Assembly (NCBI GenBank): GCA_963785725.1
Contig: CAWAWS010000018.1
Coordinates: 64,001-128,000, forward strand
From: an uncultured delta proteobacterium
Lineage (GTDB): Bacteria > Myxococcota_A > Polyangia > Palsa-1104
Length of the DNA: 64,000 nt
Direction of reading: 5' to 3'
A program made the translations under genes and the position numbers. Below are positions 30,230 to 39,102 of the stretch, piece after piece. The notes beneath the pieces are model-generated. The model did no database searches and was not told where the DNA came from. It saw only the letters and a list, made by a program, of their open reading frames with translations. Position 1 is the stretch's first letter, and each line of letters begins with the position of its first letter.

Positions 30230-30954
30230 CGCGTTCGCGGCTTGTCGCTGGTGTTGGCGGGGACGATCGTCTGCCAGCCGTCGCTGCGCGGATCCCAGCG
30301 GTCGATGCGGTTGCCGACGAGCTTGCCGCGGCCGTCGCGGGCGACGGTGAGCTTGTCGGGCCGCACGCCGTCGTGCGCCGTGCACACGATGAGCTCGAGC
30401 CGTGCCTTGGCCAGCGCGCGCAGCTGTCCCCATTCGATCAGCTCCTGCGTGCGGATCGGATCGGCCAGGCGCAGCCATTGGCTGGCGCTGCCGGCGTAAC
30501 GGTCGTATCCGATGACGAGCGACGTGTGATCGCCGAGCTCGCGGCTCTCCCAACCGAGGATGCAAGGCAGTCCGAGGTCGATTTGGCCGCGCAGGAAGTC
30601 GACGGTGTCGTCGCCGCGCGTGGCCCGACGATAGACGAAGCGAGTGCGCGCCGGATGTTCGACGGCGGCGGCGCAGGCGCGGTCGAGCGCGCGGGCCAGC
30701 GCGTCGAGCCGCACGCCCGACGTCAGCCACTCGGCGACGGCGCCTTCGACGCTGGTGCCGCGCGCCCGCGGCAGATGGCCGAACAAGGGGTCGAGGCCGA
30801 CGTGCGCGGCGTCGAACTGCTCGTCGAACTCGGGCCTGAGCGCGCACAACAGCATCGCCGCGGAATAGTAGGCGCACAAAGAATCGTGAGTGCCTTGCGA
30901 GCGTTGCGCGATGCCGGTCAGTCGCACCGTCGTGCGCCGGGCCTGGGTGGGCAT
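30226..30954 (-). CDS. Putative papain-like (C39-like) cysteine peptidase
   Basis: Q-x6-C (SQGTHDSLCAYYS), HTSLVIGYD and LADP in canonical order; start MPTQ at 30954. Confidence 0.6.
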   Translation of the reverse strand: MPTQARRTTVRLTGIAQRSQGTHDSLCAYYSAAMLLCALRPEFDEQFDAAHVGLDPLFGHLPRARGTSVEGAVAEWLTSGVRLDALARALDRACAAAVEHPARTRFVYRRATRGDDTVDFLRGQIDLGLPCILGWESRELGDHTSLVIGYDRYAGSASQWLRLADPIRTQELIEWGQLRALAKARLELIVCTAHDGVRPDKLTVARDGRGKLVGNRIDRWDPRSDGWQTIVPANTSDKPRTR

Positions 30955-31054
30955 CGTGTAATTGTGCACGAAAGCACGGTATCGACGGCGCCGAGCAGGC
31001 GAAAATCGTCCAAAAGTAACGCGCGAAACGGCGACGTCGCGGTACGCTCCCGGC

Positions 31055-31852
31055 ATGCCCCTTGTGCCGATCGGCGACAGCGAGCTGTATTACGAGGAGC
31101 AGGGTGCCGGCGATCCGATCGTGTTTTCGCACGGCCTTTTGTGGAGCGGTCGCATGTACGCCGCGCAGCTGGCCGCCTTGTCCGACCAGTGGCGCTGCAT
31201 CGCCTACGATCATCGCGGGCAAGGTCGCTCGGCCACGTCGCCGTCGCCGTACGACATGGACACGCTCGCCGACGACGCCGCGCGCCTCATCGACAAGCTG
31301 AAGGCCGGTCCGTGTCACTTCGTGGGGCTGTCGATGGGCGGCTTCGTCGGCTTGCGACTGGCGCTGCGACGGCCGGAGCTGTTGCGCTCGCTGACGCTCA
31401 TCGACAGCGCGGCCGATCGCGAGCCGCGGCTGAACGTGCCGAAATATGCGGCGATGGAGTGGGCCGCGCGCAAAGTGGGCATGAAGTACCTGGTGCCGTC
31501 GGTCATGAAGATCATGTTCGGCGGCGCCTTCTTGCGCGATCGCGCGCGCGCCGGCCTGCGCGCCGAGCAGGCGGCGCAGCTGGCGGCGCTCGAGCCCGTG
31601 CGCATGAAGGCGGCGCTCGAGTCGGTCACGCAGCGCCACGCCGTGCAGTCGAGCTTGGGCGGCATCAAGACGCCGACGCTGGTGCTGCATGGCGAGGACG
31701 ATCGCGCCATCAAGCTGACGCGCGCGACGAAGATGGCGCTGGCGATCCCGGGCGCGCAGCTGGTGGTCATCGCGCGCGCCGGCCATACCTCGACGGTGGA
31801 AGAGCCCGAGGCGATTTCGCGGGAGCTGCGTCGCTTTGTGGAAGTACACTGA
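31055..31852 (+). CDS. Alpha/beta hydrolase
   Basis: HGL, YDHRGQGRS, GLSMGG, GEDD and GH catalytic motifs. Confidence 0.9.
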   Translation: MPLVPIGDSELYYEEQGAGDPIVFSHGLLWSGRMYAAQLAALSDQWRCIAYDHRGQGRSATSPSPYDMDTLADDAARLIDKLKAGPCHFVGLSMGGFVGLRLALRRPELLRSLTLIDSAADREPRLNVPKYAAMEWAARKVGMKYLVPSVMKIMFGGAFLRDRARAGLRAEQAAQLAALEPVRMKAALESVTQRHAVQSSLGGIKTPTLVLHGEDDRAIKLTRATKMALAIPGAQLVVIARAGHTSTVEEPEAISRELRRFVEVH

Positions 31853-31862
31853 AGGCTCGGGC

Positions 31863-32831
31863 ATGCACGCCGTTCCCTCGCGCGCCCTCGTCGGCAAGCT
31901 GATCGCCAACCGCTACTTGGTAGCCGACGCCATCGGTGCGGGCGGGCTGTGCACGGTCTATCGCGCCGAAGATCTGCGGCGCGGCCGCGATGTCGCCGTC
32001 AAAGTGTTGCCCGCCGACAAGGCGCAGCACAAGGAGCTGGCGGCGCGCTTCGGTCGCGAGGTGACGACGGCCAAGCGTATCGACCACCCCAACATCGCGA
32101 CCATCATCGACTCGGGCGCGATCGAGGACGGGTCGCTCTATCTCGTCATGGAGCTCTTGCGCGGGACGCTCTTGTCGACGGCGTTGGAAGCGGGGCGATT
32201 GCCGACGGCGCGGGCGCTCATCATCGCGCGGCAGATGCTGACCGGGCTCGGCGAGGCGCATCGGCTCGGCATCGTGCATCGCGACGTCAAGCCGCAGAAT
32301 GTCATGCTCGTCGACGTCAACGGCTTGGAGGTCGTCAAGCTCTTCGACTTCGGCATCGCGTCGAACGACCGGGCGGCGCTCAAGCTGACGGCGCCGGGGA
32401 CGGCGTTCGGCACGCCCGAATACATCGCGCCCGAGCAGGCGATGGGGCAAAAGGTCGACGCGCGCGCCGATGTCTACGGCGTCGGCGTCGTGCTGTTCGA
32501 GATGGCGACCGGGCGGCTGCCGTTCCAGAGCGAGGATGACCTCGGCTATCTGCGCGCGCACATCAAGCAGCCGCCGCCGGCGCCGAGCGCGGTCGCGGCC
32601 GACGCGCAGCTGAGCCGCGCCTTCGATGCCATCGTGCTCAAGGCGATGCAGAAGGAGCCCGAGGCGCGCTTCGAAACGGCGGAGGCGATGATCGCGGCCA
32701 TCGACAAGGTGGCGGGCCATCTGCCGTTGCAAGCCAGCGGCGGCAAGAGCGGCGGCGCGCGCAAAGTCGTCATGCTGCTCATTCTGTTGGCGCTCGCCGT
32801 GGCCATTCTGCACTTCGCGCACCTGCTGTAG
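31863..32831 (+). CDS. Hanks-type Ser/Thr protein kinase with a C-terminal TM
   Basis: IGAGG..VY, VAVK, HRDVKPQN, DFGIA, GTPEYIAPEQ and DVYGVG. Confidence 0.93.
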   Translation: MHAVPSRALVGKLIANRYLVADAIGAGGLCTVYRAEDLRRGRDVAVKVLPADKAQHKELAARFGREVTTAKRIDHPNIATIIDSGAIEDGSLYLVMELLRGTLLSTALEAGRLPTARALIIARQMLTGLGEAHRLGIVHRDVKPQNVMLVDVNGLEVVKLFDFGIASNDRAALKLTAPGTAFGTPEYIAPEQAMGQKVDARADVYGVGVVLFEMATGRLPFQSEDDLGYLRAHIKQPPPAPSAVAADAQLSRAFDAIVLKAMQKEPEARFETAEAMIAAIDKVAGHLPLQASGGKSGGARKVVMLLILLALAVAILHFAHLL

Positions 32832-32917
32832 CGCCGTCGCGTCGCCGAGTCGTCGCCGCGCGTTGCGGTGCGCGTCGTCACCAGGCGCGGCTGCGTGCGC
32901 GTGTTAGAAGCTGCCGC

Positions 32918-34258
32918 ATGCGCATGTCGGTGATGGTCGCGGTCCTCTTCGCGGTCGCGGGATGCAAGTCGAGCGAGAGGTGCTCGGGCGCGATCGGCTG
33001 CGCCAAAGGCAGCTATCAGGCCTGCTCCGACGGGAGCTCCTGCCGCTACCAGACCAGCGACGGGCAGTCGTTCGCCTGCGCCAGCTGCGCCGACTGCACG
33101 GGCGCGGTCGGCGCGGCGCTGGCGTGGTGCGGCGCGCCCAGCGTCTTCGGCAGCGACGGCGGCGCGGTGGCGGAGACGCCGGCGTGCATGGACTATCTGA
33201 CCTGCGTGGCGGCGACGGCGCCGGCGCAGCTCGCGACGCTGACGGCGGCGTACGGGCCGGGCGGCAGCTGCTGGCTGTCGAGCGCGACGGCGGCCTCGTG
33301 TGACGACGCGTGCAAGGCGGCGCTCGCGTCGTGCGGCGGCAGCAGCGGCGGTGACGGCAGCGCCGGCGGCGGCAGTGGCGGCGGCGGCAGTGGCGGTGGT
33401 GGCAGTGGCGGCGGCGGCAGTGGCGGCGGCGGCGGCGGCATCAGCCCGCCCGACATGAGCATGCCGGTCTATCAGAAGACGACCGTGGCGATGATGCGCG
33501 CGAGCAGCGCCGGTGCGTACGAGCTCGACGGTCCGATCGCCATCGCCATCACCTCGAGCACGACGTCGCCGCGGCTCCTCTTTCAGGACGCCACCGGCGG
33601 CCCATTTTCCGCCATGCTCGGCAAAGCCTCGACGACGAGCCCGACGGTCGCGACGACGATCGCCACGATCGCCACCGGCAGCATCCTCGGCATCAAGGGG
33701 CAGTACACGAAGAGCGCCGGCTTCGAGCAGTTCTACATCGACGCCATCGTCGTCACCGGCGCGGCCGCGCTGCCGGCGCCGGCGTCGCTGCAGCTCGCCG
33801 ACGTGCAGCGCAACGCCAACAGCACCGCCTGGTGGTTCCAGCGCGTGACCGTCAGCCTCGGCGCCACGCCGCTCGAGATGTACGACTTCTCGCCCGCCGA
33901 GCTGCAGTACGTCTCGACGGTGGCCACCTGTCCGGCCTACTTCGGCTGGGGCATGGTGCCGGCGACGTCGTCGGATACGGTGGGCGCCGCGTGCAGCGGC
34001 CAACTCCAGCCGCCGAGCGCCACCGGCGGCGGCGCGGCGCCGAGCGACGAGCTGCTCATCGGCACCGACTTCTACAAGACGTTCAAGTACTCGGCCGACT
34101 GCCTGTGCGCGGCGCAGCAGCAGAACACTTTATTGGCCGGCACCAACACGCTCGCCGGGACGCTCGCCGGCGTCCTCATCGGCACGACGCCGTACATGCA
34201 GACGACGATCTATCAATATGTCGCGCCGACCTCGCCCAGCGACGCCGTCTTTCAATAG
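32918..34258 (+). CDS. Cys-rich lipoprotein with a Gly/Ser linker
   Basis: Lipobox VAGC; N-terminal Cys-rich modules; (GGGGS)n linker; Thr-rich C-terminal domain. Confidence 0.8.
   Translation: MRMSVMVAVLFAVAGCKSSERCSGAIGCAKGSYQACSDGSSCRYQTSDGQSFACASCADCTGAVGAALAWCGAPSVFGSDGGAVAETPACMDYLTCVAATAPAQLATLTAAYGPGGSCWLSSATAASCDDACKAALASCGGSSGGDGSAGGGSGGGGSGGGGSGGGGSGGGGGGISPPDMSMPVYQKTTVAMMRASSAGAYELDGPIAIAITSSTTSPRLLFQDATGGPFSAMLGKASTTSPTVATTIATIATGSILGIKGQYTKSAGFEQFYIDAIVVTGAAALPAPASLQLADVQRNANSTAWWFQRVTVSLGATPLEMYDFSPAELQYVSTVATCPAYFGWGMVPATSSDTVGAACSGQLQPPSATGGGAAPSDELLIGTDFYKTFKYSADCLCAAQQQNTLLAGTNTLAGTLAGVLIGTTPYMQTTIYQYVAPTSPSDAVFQ
33365..33439 (+). repeat. 15-bp coding tandem repeat encoding (GGGGS)n
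   Basis: ggcggcggcggcagt-type units, about 4-5 copies. Confidence 0.85.
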
Positions 34259-34306
34259 CCTCCGCTGCACGTCCGCTCGTCGCCGCCGCCCCTCAAATTA
34301 TGTTGA

Positions 34307-34351
34307 TGGAACGCGTTCTAGTTTTGTGTTAGTGAACTGGAACACGTTCTA
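34307..34351. promoter_or_regulatory. Pair of KstR-type operators upstream of the Gly-rich lipoprotein gene
   Basis: TGGAACGCGTTCTA (34307-34320) and TGGAACACGTTCTA (34338-34351), both perfect TnnAACnnGTTnnA. Confidence 0.8.
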
Positions 34352-34372
34352 CTCGTGGAAAAGGGGCTAAGC

Positions 34373-35962
34373 ATGGGCTCGACCTCGTGGCTCGGCAGGG
34401 CGTTCCTGTTGGCGGCGCTGGTGTCCTTCGGCTGTGCGAAGGCCTCGACGGGTGGCAACGGCCCGCGGCACGACCTCGGAGTCGGCGTCGGTGGCGGCGG
34501 TGACGACGGCGATATGGCGGTCGCCGATCTATCGAGCGGCGGTGGCGGCGATCTGACGCCGCCGGCGCCCGATCTGATCGGCCAGCCCATCTGCTATCCG
34601 CCGCGCGACGGCGAGATCTGTCCCGAGGCCATCTTCGTCTCGCCGACGGGCGATGATACGAAAGATGGCCAGTCGCCGGGCACCGCCGTGCAGCACATCA
34701 ACATGGGCATCACGCGCTCGCTCGCCTGCGCGTTCATCCCGTGCGTCATCCTCGTCGCTGCCGGCACCTACAACGAGCAGGTCACGCTGCACGAGAACTT
34801 GAACATCCTGGGCGGCTACAGCGCCGACTTCTTGCACAACGATCCGACGGCCAACGTCGTCAACATCACGTCGACCGAGGACAAGACGGTCATCGCCTCG
34901 GCGCTGGCCGTGCCGACGAAGCTCGACGGCGTCACCATCACCGGCGGCTCGCTGACGACGAACGATGGCACGTCGAGCATCGGGCTCTTCGTCAGCAACA
35001 CGCATAGCGCGCTCACCGTGTCACGCAGCATCATCATAGGCGGCACCGGCGCCTCCGGGACGCCGGGGGCGCCGGGCGCCGCGCTCGCTTGCGGCACCGT
35101 CGGCGCATCGGGCGGCACGGCGTTCGATTGCGGCGGCTCGACGGGCGGCTTCGGCACCGCCGCCGGCGACGCCACCAGCGGCGGCGCGGCCGGCACCGGC
35201 GGCAGCAGCAACTGCCCCGACGCCTGCCCGCTCGTCGGCAGCGACGGCATCAGCGACGGCAGCGACGGCACGCCCGGCGGCAACGGCAGCGACGGCACCG
35301 GCGGCACGGCGCCGACCGACGTCTTCGGCAGCTTCGGCACGGGCGGCGTGTGGCAGGGCACCGTCGGCACCGGCGGCACGCGCGGCTTCAACGGCACCGG
35401 CGGTGGTGGCGGCGGCTCGGGCGGCACCAAGCGCATTCGCAGCTGCTTCGGCTGCGGCACGCTCATCGGCGGTCGCGGCGGCGACGGCGCGCCCGGCGGC
35501 TGCGGCGGCGGACCGGGCGGCGCGGGCGGCGCCGGCGGCGGTGCCTTCGCGGCCGTGCTCGTCGACTCCGAGATCACCTTCGACAACGTCACGGTGCAAG
35601 GCGGAACCGGCGGGCTCGGCGGCGCCGGCGGCGACGGCGCCGGCGGTCAAGCGGGCAGCACGGCGATCGACAACGGCATCACCGGCAGCGCGTCGTCGAA
35701 GTGCGGGCTCATCAATTATCACTCGGGTAACGGCGGCCATGGCGGCGTCGGCGGCAACGGCGGCAACGGCGGCGGCGGCGGCGGCGGTGCGGGCGGGCCG
35801 TCGGTGGCGCTGGCGCGCATCGGCAGCTCGGCCGTGACCGAGCTGCACACGGTGACGGTGATGCCGGGCGCGGCGGGCATCGGCGGCGCGGGCGGCAAAG
35901 GCCCGGGCGCGGCCGGCGCGGCTGGTCCGCTCGGCGGCGTCGACACCGATCGCGCATTCTAA
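34373..35962 (+). CDS. Gly-rich (PGRS-like) lipoprotein with a DUF1565/beta-helix-like domain
   Basis: Lipobox SFGC; IFVSPTGDD...G...P...I, ILVAAGTYNE and ILGGY; long GGxGGxG tracts with paired Cys. Confidence 0.82.
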   Translation: MGSTSWLGRAFLLAALVSFGCAKASTGGNGPRHDLGVGVGGGGDDGDMAVADLSSGGGGDLTPPAPDLIGQPICYPPRDGEICPEAIFVSPTGDDTKDGQSPGTAVQHINMGITRSLACAFIPCVILVAAGTYNEQVTLHENLNILGGYSADFLHNDPTANVVNITSTEDKTVIASALAVPTKLDGVTITGGSLTTNDGTSSIGLFVSNTHSALTVSRSIIIGGTGASGTPGAPGAALACGTVGASGGTAFDCGGSTGGFGTAAGDATSGGAAGTGGSSNCPDACPLVGSDGISDGSDGTPGGNGSDGTGGTAPTDVFGSFGTGGVWQGTVGTGGTRGFNGTGGGGGGSGGTKRIRSCFGCGTLIGGRGGDGAPGGCGGGPGGAGGAGGGAFAAVLVDSEITFDNVTVQGGTGGLGGAGGDGAGGQAGSTAIDNGITGSASSKCGLINYHSGNGGHGGVGGNGGNGGGGGGGAGGPSVALARIGSSAVTELHTVTVMPGAAGIGGAGGKGPGAAGAAGPLGGVDTDRAF

Positions 35963-35995
35963 GGACTTAGAGCGCGACGATCGATTCCGGAGGAT

Positions 35996-36031
35996 GGTGG
36001 GCCCGTCGGAAATTTCCCCCGACCGCCCACC
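35996..36031 (+). terminator. GC-rich hairpin after the lipoprotein gene, possible terminator
   Basis: GGTGGGC/GCCCACC and GTCGG/CCGAC stems; no clear U-tract. Confidence 0.35.
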
Positions 36032-36132
36032 CCACTTATCGGCGCATGGCCCAAGAAAGTTGCGCCCTAAGAGCTGGGCTGTGCTGCCGGCGCGACATGG
36101 ACGACGTGCAGTGGCCGTGCTACGAGCGCGAG

Positions 36133-36711
36133 GTGGGCAGTCGCGATCCGTCCAACGGCTATGAACGGAACGCAGCCGACTTCATCGAGGTGCGCAGCGG
36201 CATCGGCGCCGGCATGGTGGCCGCGTGGGCGCGCGCGCTGCCGGCGGCCGCGGCGATCCTCGACTTGGGCTGCGGGTCGGGCGTGCCGATCGCCGAGACG
36301 CTCGTCAACGCCGGCTGCGAGGTCTACGCTGTCGACGCCTCGCCGACGATGGTTGCTGCGTTCCGCGCCCGCTTTCCCCAGCTCGCCGTGCAGTGCGCTG
36401 ACGTCGAGGACGCTGATTTCTTCGGACGCAGCTTCGACGGTATCGTTGCCTGGGGTCTCATCTTCCTGCTCGATGCCGGCGCGCAACGCCGCCTGATCGC
36501 CAAGATAGCGGGCGCGCTGCGGAGCGGCGGCAGCCTGCTGTTCACGGCTCCTCGCGTCGCCTGTTCCTGGCCCGACGTCATGACCGGGCAGACCTCGATC
36601 TCGCTCGGTCTCGACGAATATCGTCGTCAGCTGGAAGCAGGCGGGCTCACGCTCGTCGGAACCGAGACGGACGAAGGCGACAACCACTACTACCGCGCGG
36701 TCAAACGATAG
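36133..36711 (+). CDS. Class I SAM-dependent methyltransferase (start uncertain; frame open from 36046)
   Basis: ILDLGCGSG, VDAS, FDGIVAW and LRSGGSLLF. Confidence 0.87.
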   Translation: MGSRDPSNGYERNAADFIEVRSGIGAGMVAAWARALPAAAAILDLGCGSGVPIAETLVNAGCEVYAVDASPTMVAAFRARFPQLAVQCADVEDADFFGRSFDGIVAWGLIFLLDAGAQRRLIAKIAGALRSGGSLLFTAPRVACSWPDVMTGQTSISLGLDEYRRQLEAGGLTLVGTETDEGDNHYYRAVKR

Positions 36712-36718
36712 CCGCGTG

Positions 36719-36761
36719 CGCTTCAACATCGATAGTGTGAGCTCGAACGACCGTTGAAGCG
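36719..36761. terminator. Inverted repeat between convergent genes, possible terminator
   Basis: CGCTTCAAC / GTTGAAGCG 9-bp arms. Confidence 0.35.
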
Positions 36762-36809
36762 GCCGGAGCGACGATAGTTTAACCTTGAACTACTCGGGAG
36801 CGAGCTAAC

Positions 36810-37394
36810 TCAGGAGCGCGGCAGCCCCTCGAGGTGCGCCGCGATTTTGTTCGCAAGGTCTTCGGCGGCCGGCTTCAGCGCCGGCGCCAGCATCGCGTTC
36901 ACGAGCGGTCCGGCGGGGCCGCCGGCGTCCATGCGCAGCCGAAACGTCAACTGCGACTCCGCCGCGCCGGCCGCTGCCAACCGCTCGGGCGCCTTGCCGT
37001 TGACCCAGCGGAACATCAGCCGGAAAAAGCCGTCGACCAAGCGGCGCCACACGCTCGCCTTCGCCGGCTTCGCCTTCTCGATCGCCGCGCCCGCCGTCGC
37101 CGCCGGCTTGCCGATGGTGAGCGTGCCGCCGCCTTCGACGACCTCGTCGAGCCCGACCAGCGTGAACGACACGCGCTCCGGGCCGTTCCATTCGGTGACG
37201 TGCGCCTTCAATCGCACCGTCCGGCTCAAGACGCCGACGTCGCCTTTGAGCGTCCAGATCGAGTCGGTCTCGCTCTCGATCTCGTGCTTTTGATAGCCGG
37301 TCAAGAACGGCGCCCAATTGTTCATGTCGCGCACGAATTCCCACACCCGCTCGGGCGCCAAGGTCATCGTCGTGACGTATTCGACTTCGGGCAT
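36810..37394 (-). CDS. SRPBCC/CoxG-family protein (START-like fold)
   Basis: APERVWEFVRDMNNWAPFLTGY; RBS AAGGAG; last gene of the kstD operon. Confidence 0.82.
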   Translation of the reverse strand: MPEVEYVTTMTLAPERVWEFVRDMNNWAPFLTGYQKHEIESETDSIWTLKGDVGVLSRTVRLKAHVTEWNGPERVSFTLVGLDEVVEGGGTLTIGKPAATAGAAIEKAKPAKASVWRRLVDGFFRLMFRWVNGKAPERLAAAGAAESQLTFRLRMDAGGPAGPLVNAMLAPALKPAAEDLANKIAAHLEGLPRS

Positions 37395-37426
37395 GGGCTC
37401 GCTCTCCTTCGCTTCGCCTACAGTGG

Positions 37427-39076
37427 CTACGTGTTGCGCGCGGCGGCGCGTCCGGCGATGTAGCCGAACGTCATCGCCGTGCCGATGGTGCTGCCGGCGC
37501 CGGGATAGCCCGGTCCGGTGATGCCGGCCATGACGTTGCCGGCGGCGTACAAGCCGGCGATGGCGCCGCCGCGCACGTGCAGCACGTTCGCCTTGTCGTC
37601 GACGCGCGCGCCGCCTTTGGTGCCGATGGCGCCGGGATGGACCTCCAGCGCGTAAAACGGCCCCTTCTCGATCGTGCCCAAGTTGGGGTTCGGCGTGTGC
37701 TCGGGATCGCCGTAGAAGTGGTCGTAGAGGCTGGTGCCGCGGCCGAAATCCTGGTCTTTGCCGTCGCGCGCGAAGCCGTTGAAGCGCGCGACCGTCGCGT
37801 CGAGGCCGGCCGCGTCGATGCCGATCTTGGCGGCCAGCTCGGCGACGGAGTCGGCGCGGCGAATCCACTCCGGCACCGGCATGCCGGGAATGATCGTGAG
37901 CAGCGCATACCGCTCGACGAACTGCTGATCCAAGATCAGCCACGCCGGCAAGTTCGGCCGTTCATAGGCGACCGGATCGAAGCCGAAGAACGGCTTCATC
38001 ATGTCGTTGTAGTTGTGCGCCTCGTTGACGAAGCGCGCCCCTTTCTTGTTGACGATGATGGAGTGGGGCAGCGAGCGAATCGCGAAGTCGCCGCGATGGA
38101 GCTGCACGCCGTCGTATTCTTCGCCCGGCACGTCCACCGACGGGCACCACCACGCCTCGGACATGTTGCCGAGGTCGGCGCCGAGCGCCATCGCCATCTT
38201 GAGGCCGTCGCCTTCGTTGGTCGGCGGCGAGTTCGGATGCGTCAGCTGCCCGCCCAAGAAGCGCGCGACCAGCTCTTTGGACCACTCGAAGCCGCCCGAC
38301 GCCAAGATGACGCCGCGCTTGGCGCTGATGACGAAGTCCTTGCCGTCGCGCTCGGCGCGCAGGCCGACGACGCGGCCATCCTCGACGAGCAATTCCTTGG
38401 CCGACGTCGACAACAGCGGCTCGATGCCCTTGTCGAGCACGCCTTTCAACAAGCCGCCGACGAGTGCGCCGCCGTAACAGACGAGCCCTTGCGAGAAGCG
38501 CTGGCCGAGCAGCTTGAAGGGCAGCGCGCGCGGCTTGGCGAACACGCCCCAGTCGGTCGCTTCGGTCACCGACATCGCCGTCATGCCGAAGACCGGCGAC
38601 TTGCGCAGCTTGTCCTTCCACGGCCCGAGCGAATTGGTGTCGAAGAGCCCGGGATCGAGCGAGCGACCACCCGGCTTGGCGCCGGCAAACTCCGGGTGAT
38701 AGTCGGGATAGCGCGGCAACGCCGTGAATTTGACCGGCGTCGTCTCCTCGATGAACTTCAGCATCTGCGGCGCTTCGTCGAGGTAGAGCTCGATCAGCTT
38801 CGGATCCGAGCGGCCGTCGCTCAAGCGCGTCACGTAGGCGAGCGCTTCGGCGCGCGAGTCGTCGATGCCGGCTTCGCGCATGTGGTGGTTCGTGGGAATC
38901 CACAAGACGCCGCCCGAGACCGCGGTCGTGCCGCCGACCTTGGACGCCTTCTCGATGATCGTGACTTTGGCGCCGCCTTGATGCGCGGCCAGCGCCGCGG
39001 CCAAACCGGCGCCGCCGGTGCCGATGACGAGCACGTCGGTCTCGACGTTGGGCTTCGATTTACGGAACCAGCTCAT
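37427..39076 (-). CDS. kstD: 3-ketosteroid Delta1-dehydrogenase
   Basis: GTGGAG, GGTTAVSGG, YPDYHPE, NYND, GTKGG and GYPGAGSTIGTAMTFGYIA (KstD Tyr/Gly signature). Confidence 0.88.
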   Translation of the reverse strand: MSWFRKSKPNVETDVLVIGTGGAGLAAALAAHQGGAKVTIIEKASKVGGTTAVSGGVLWIPTNHHMREAGIDDSRAEALAYVTRLSDGRSDPKLIELYLDEAPQMLKFIEETTPVKFTALPRYPDYHPEFAGAKPGGRSLDPGLFDTNSLGPWKDKLRKSPVFGMTAMSVTEATDWGVFAKPRALPFKLLGQRFSQGLVCYGGALVGGLLKGVLDKGIEPLLSTSAKELLVEDGRVVGLRAERDGKDFVISAKRGVILASGGFEWSKELVARFLGGQLTHPNSPPTNEGDGLKMAMALGADLGNMSEAWWCPSVDVPGEEYDGVQLHRGDFAIRSLPHSIIVNKKGARFVNEAHNYNDMMKPFFGFDPVAYERPNLPAWLILDQQFVERYALLTIIPGMPVPEWIRRADSVAELAAKIGIDAAGLDATVARFNGFARDGKDQDFGRGTSLYDHFYGDPEHTPNPNLGTIEKGPFYALEVHPGAIGTKGGARVDDKANVLHVRGGAIAGLYAAGNVMAGITGPGYPGAGSTIGTAMTFGYIAGRAAARNT

Positions 39077-39102
39077 CGCGCGCTACTCCTTTGGCCTTGG
39101 GC

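Noticed and set aside
28571..31909. Very long antisense or alternate-frame ORFs (e.g. 1112 aa at 28571-31909, 955 aa at 13817-16684, 620 aa at 11345-13207)
   Set aside because: Arg/Ala-rich shadow frames expected in high-GC DNA; they overlap genes with clear family motifs.
35995..36031. TGGTGGGCCC as a reversed tRNA 3' end or att site
   Set aside because: No T-arm (TTCGA) or cloverleaf follows and no integrase is nearby; better explained as a hairpin.
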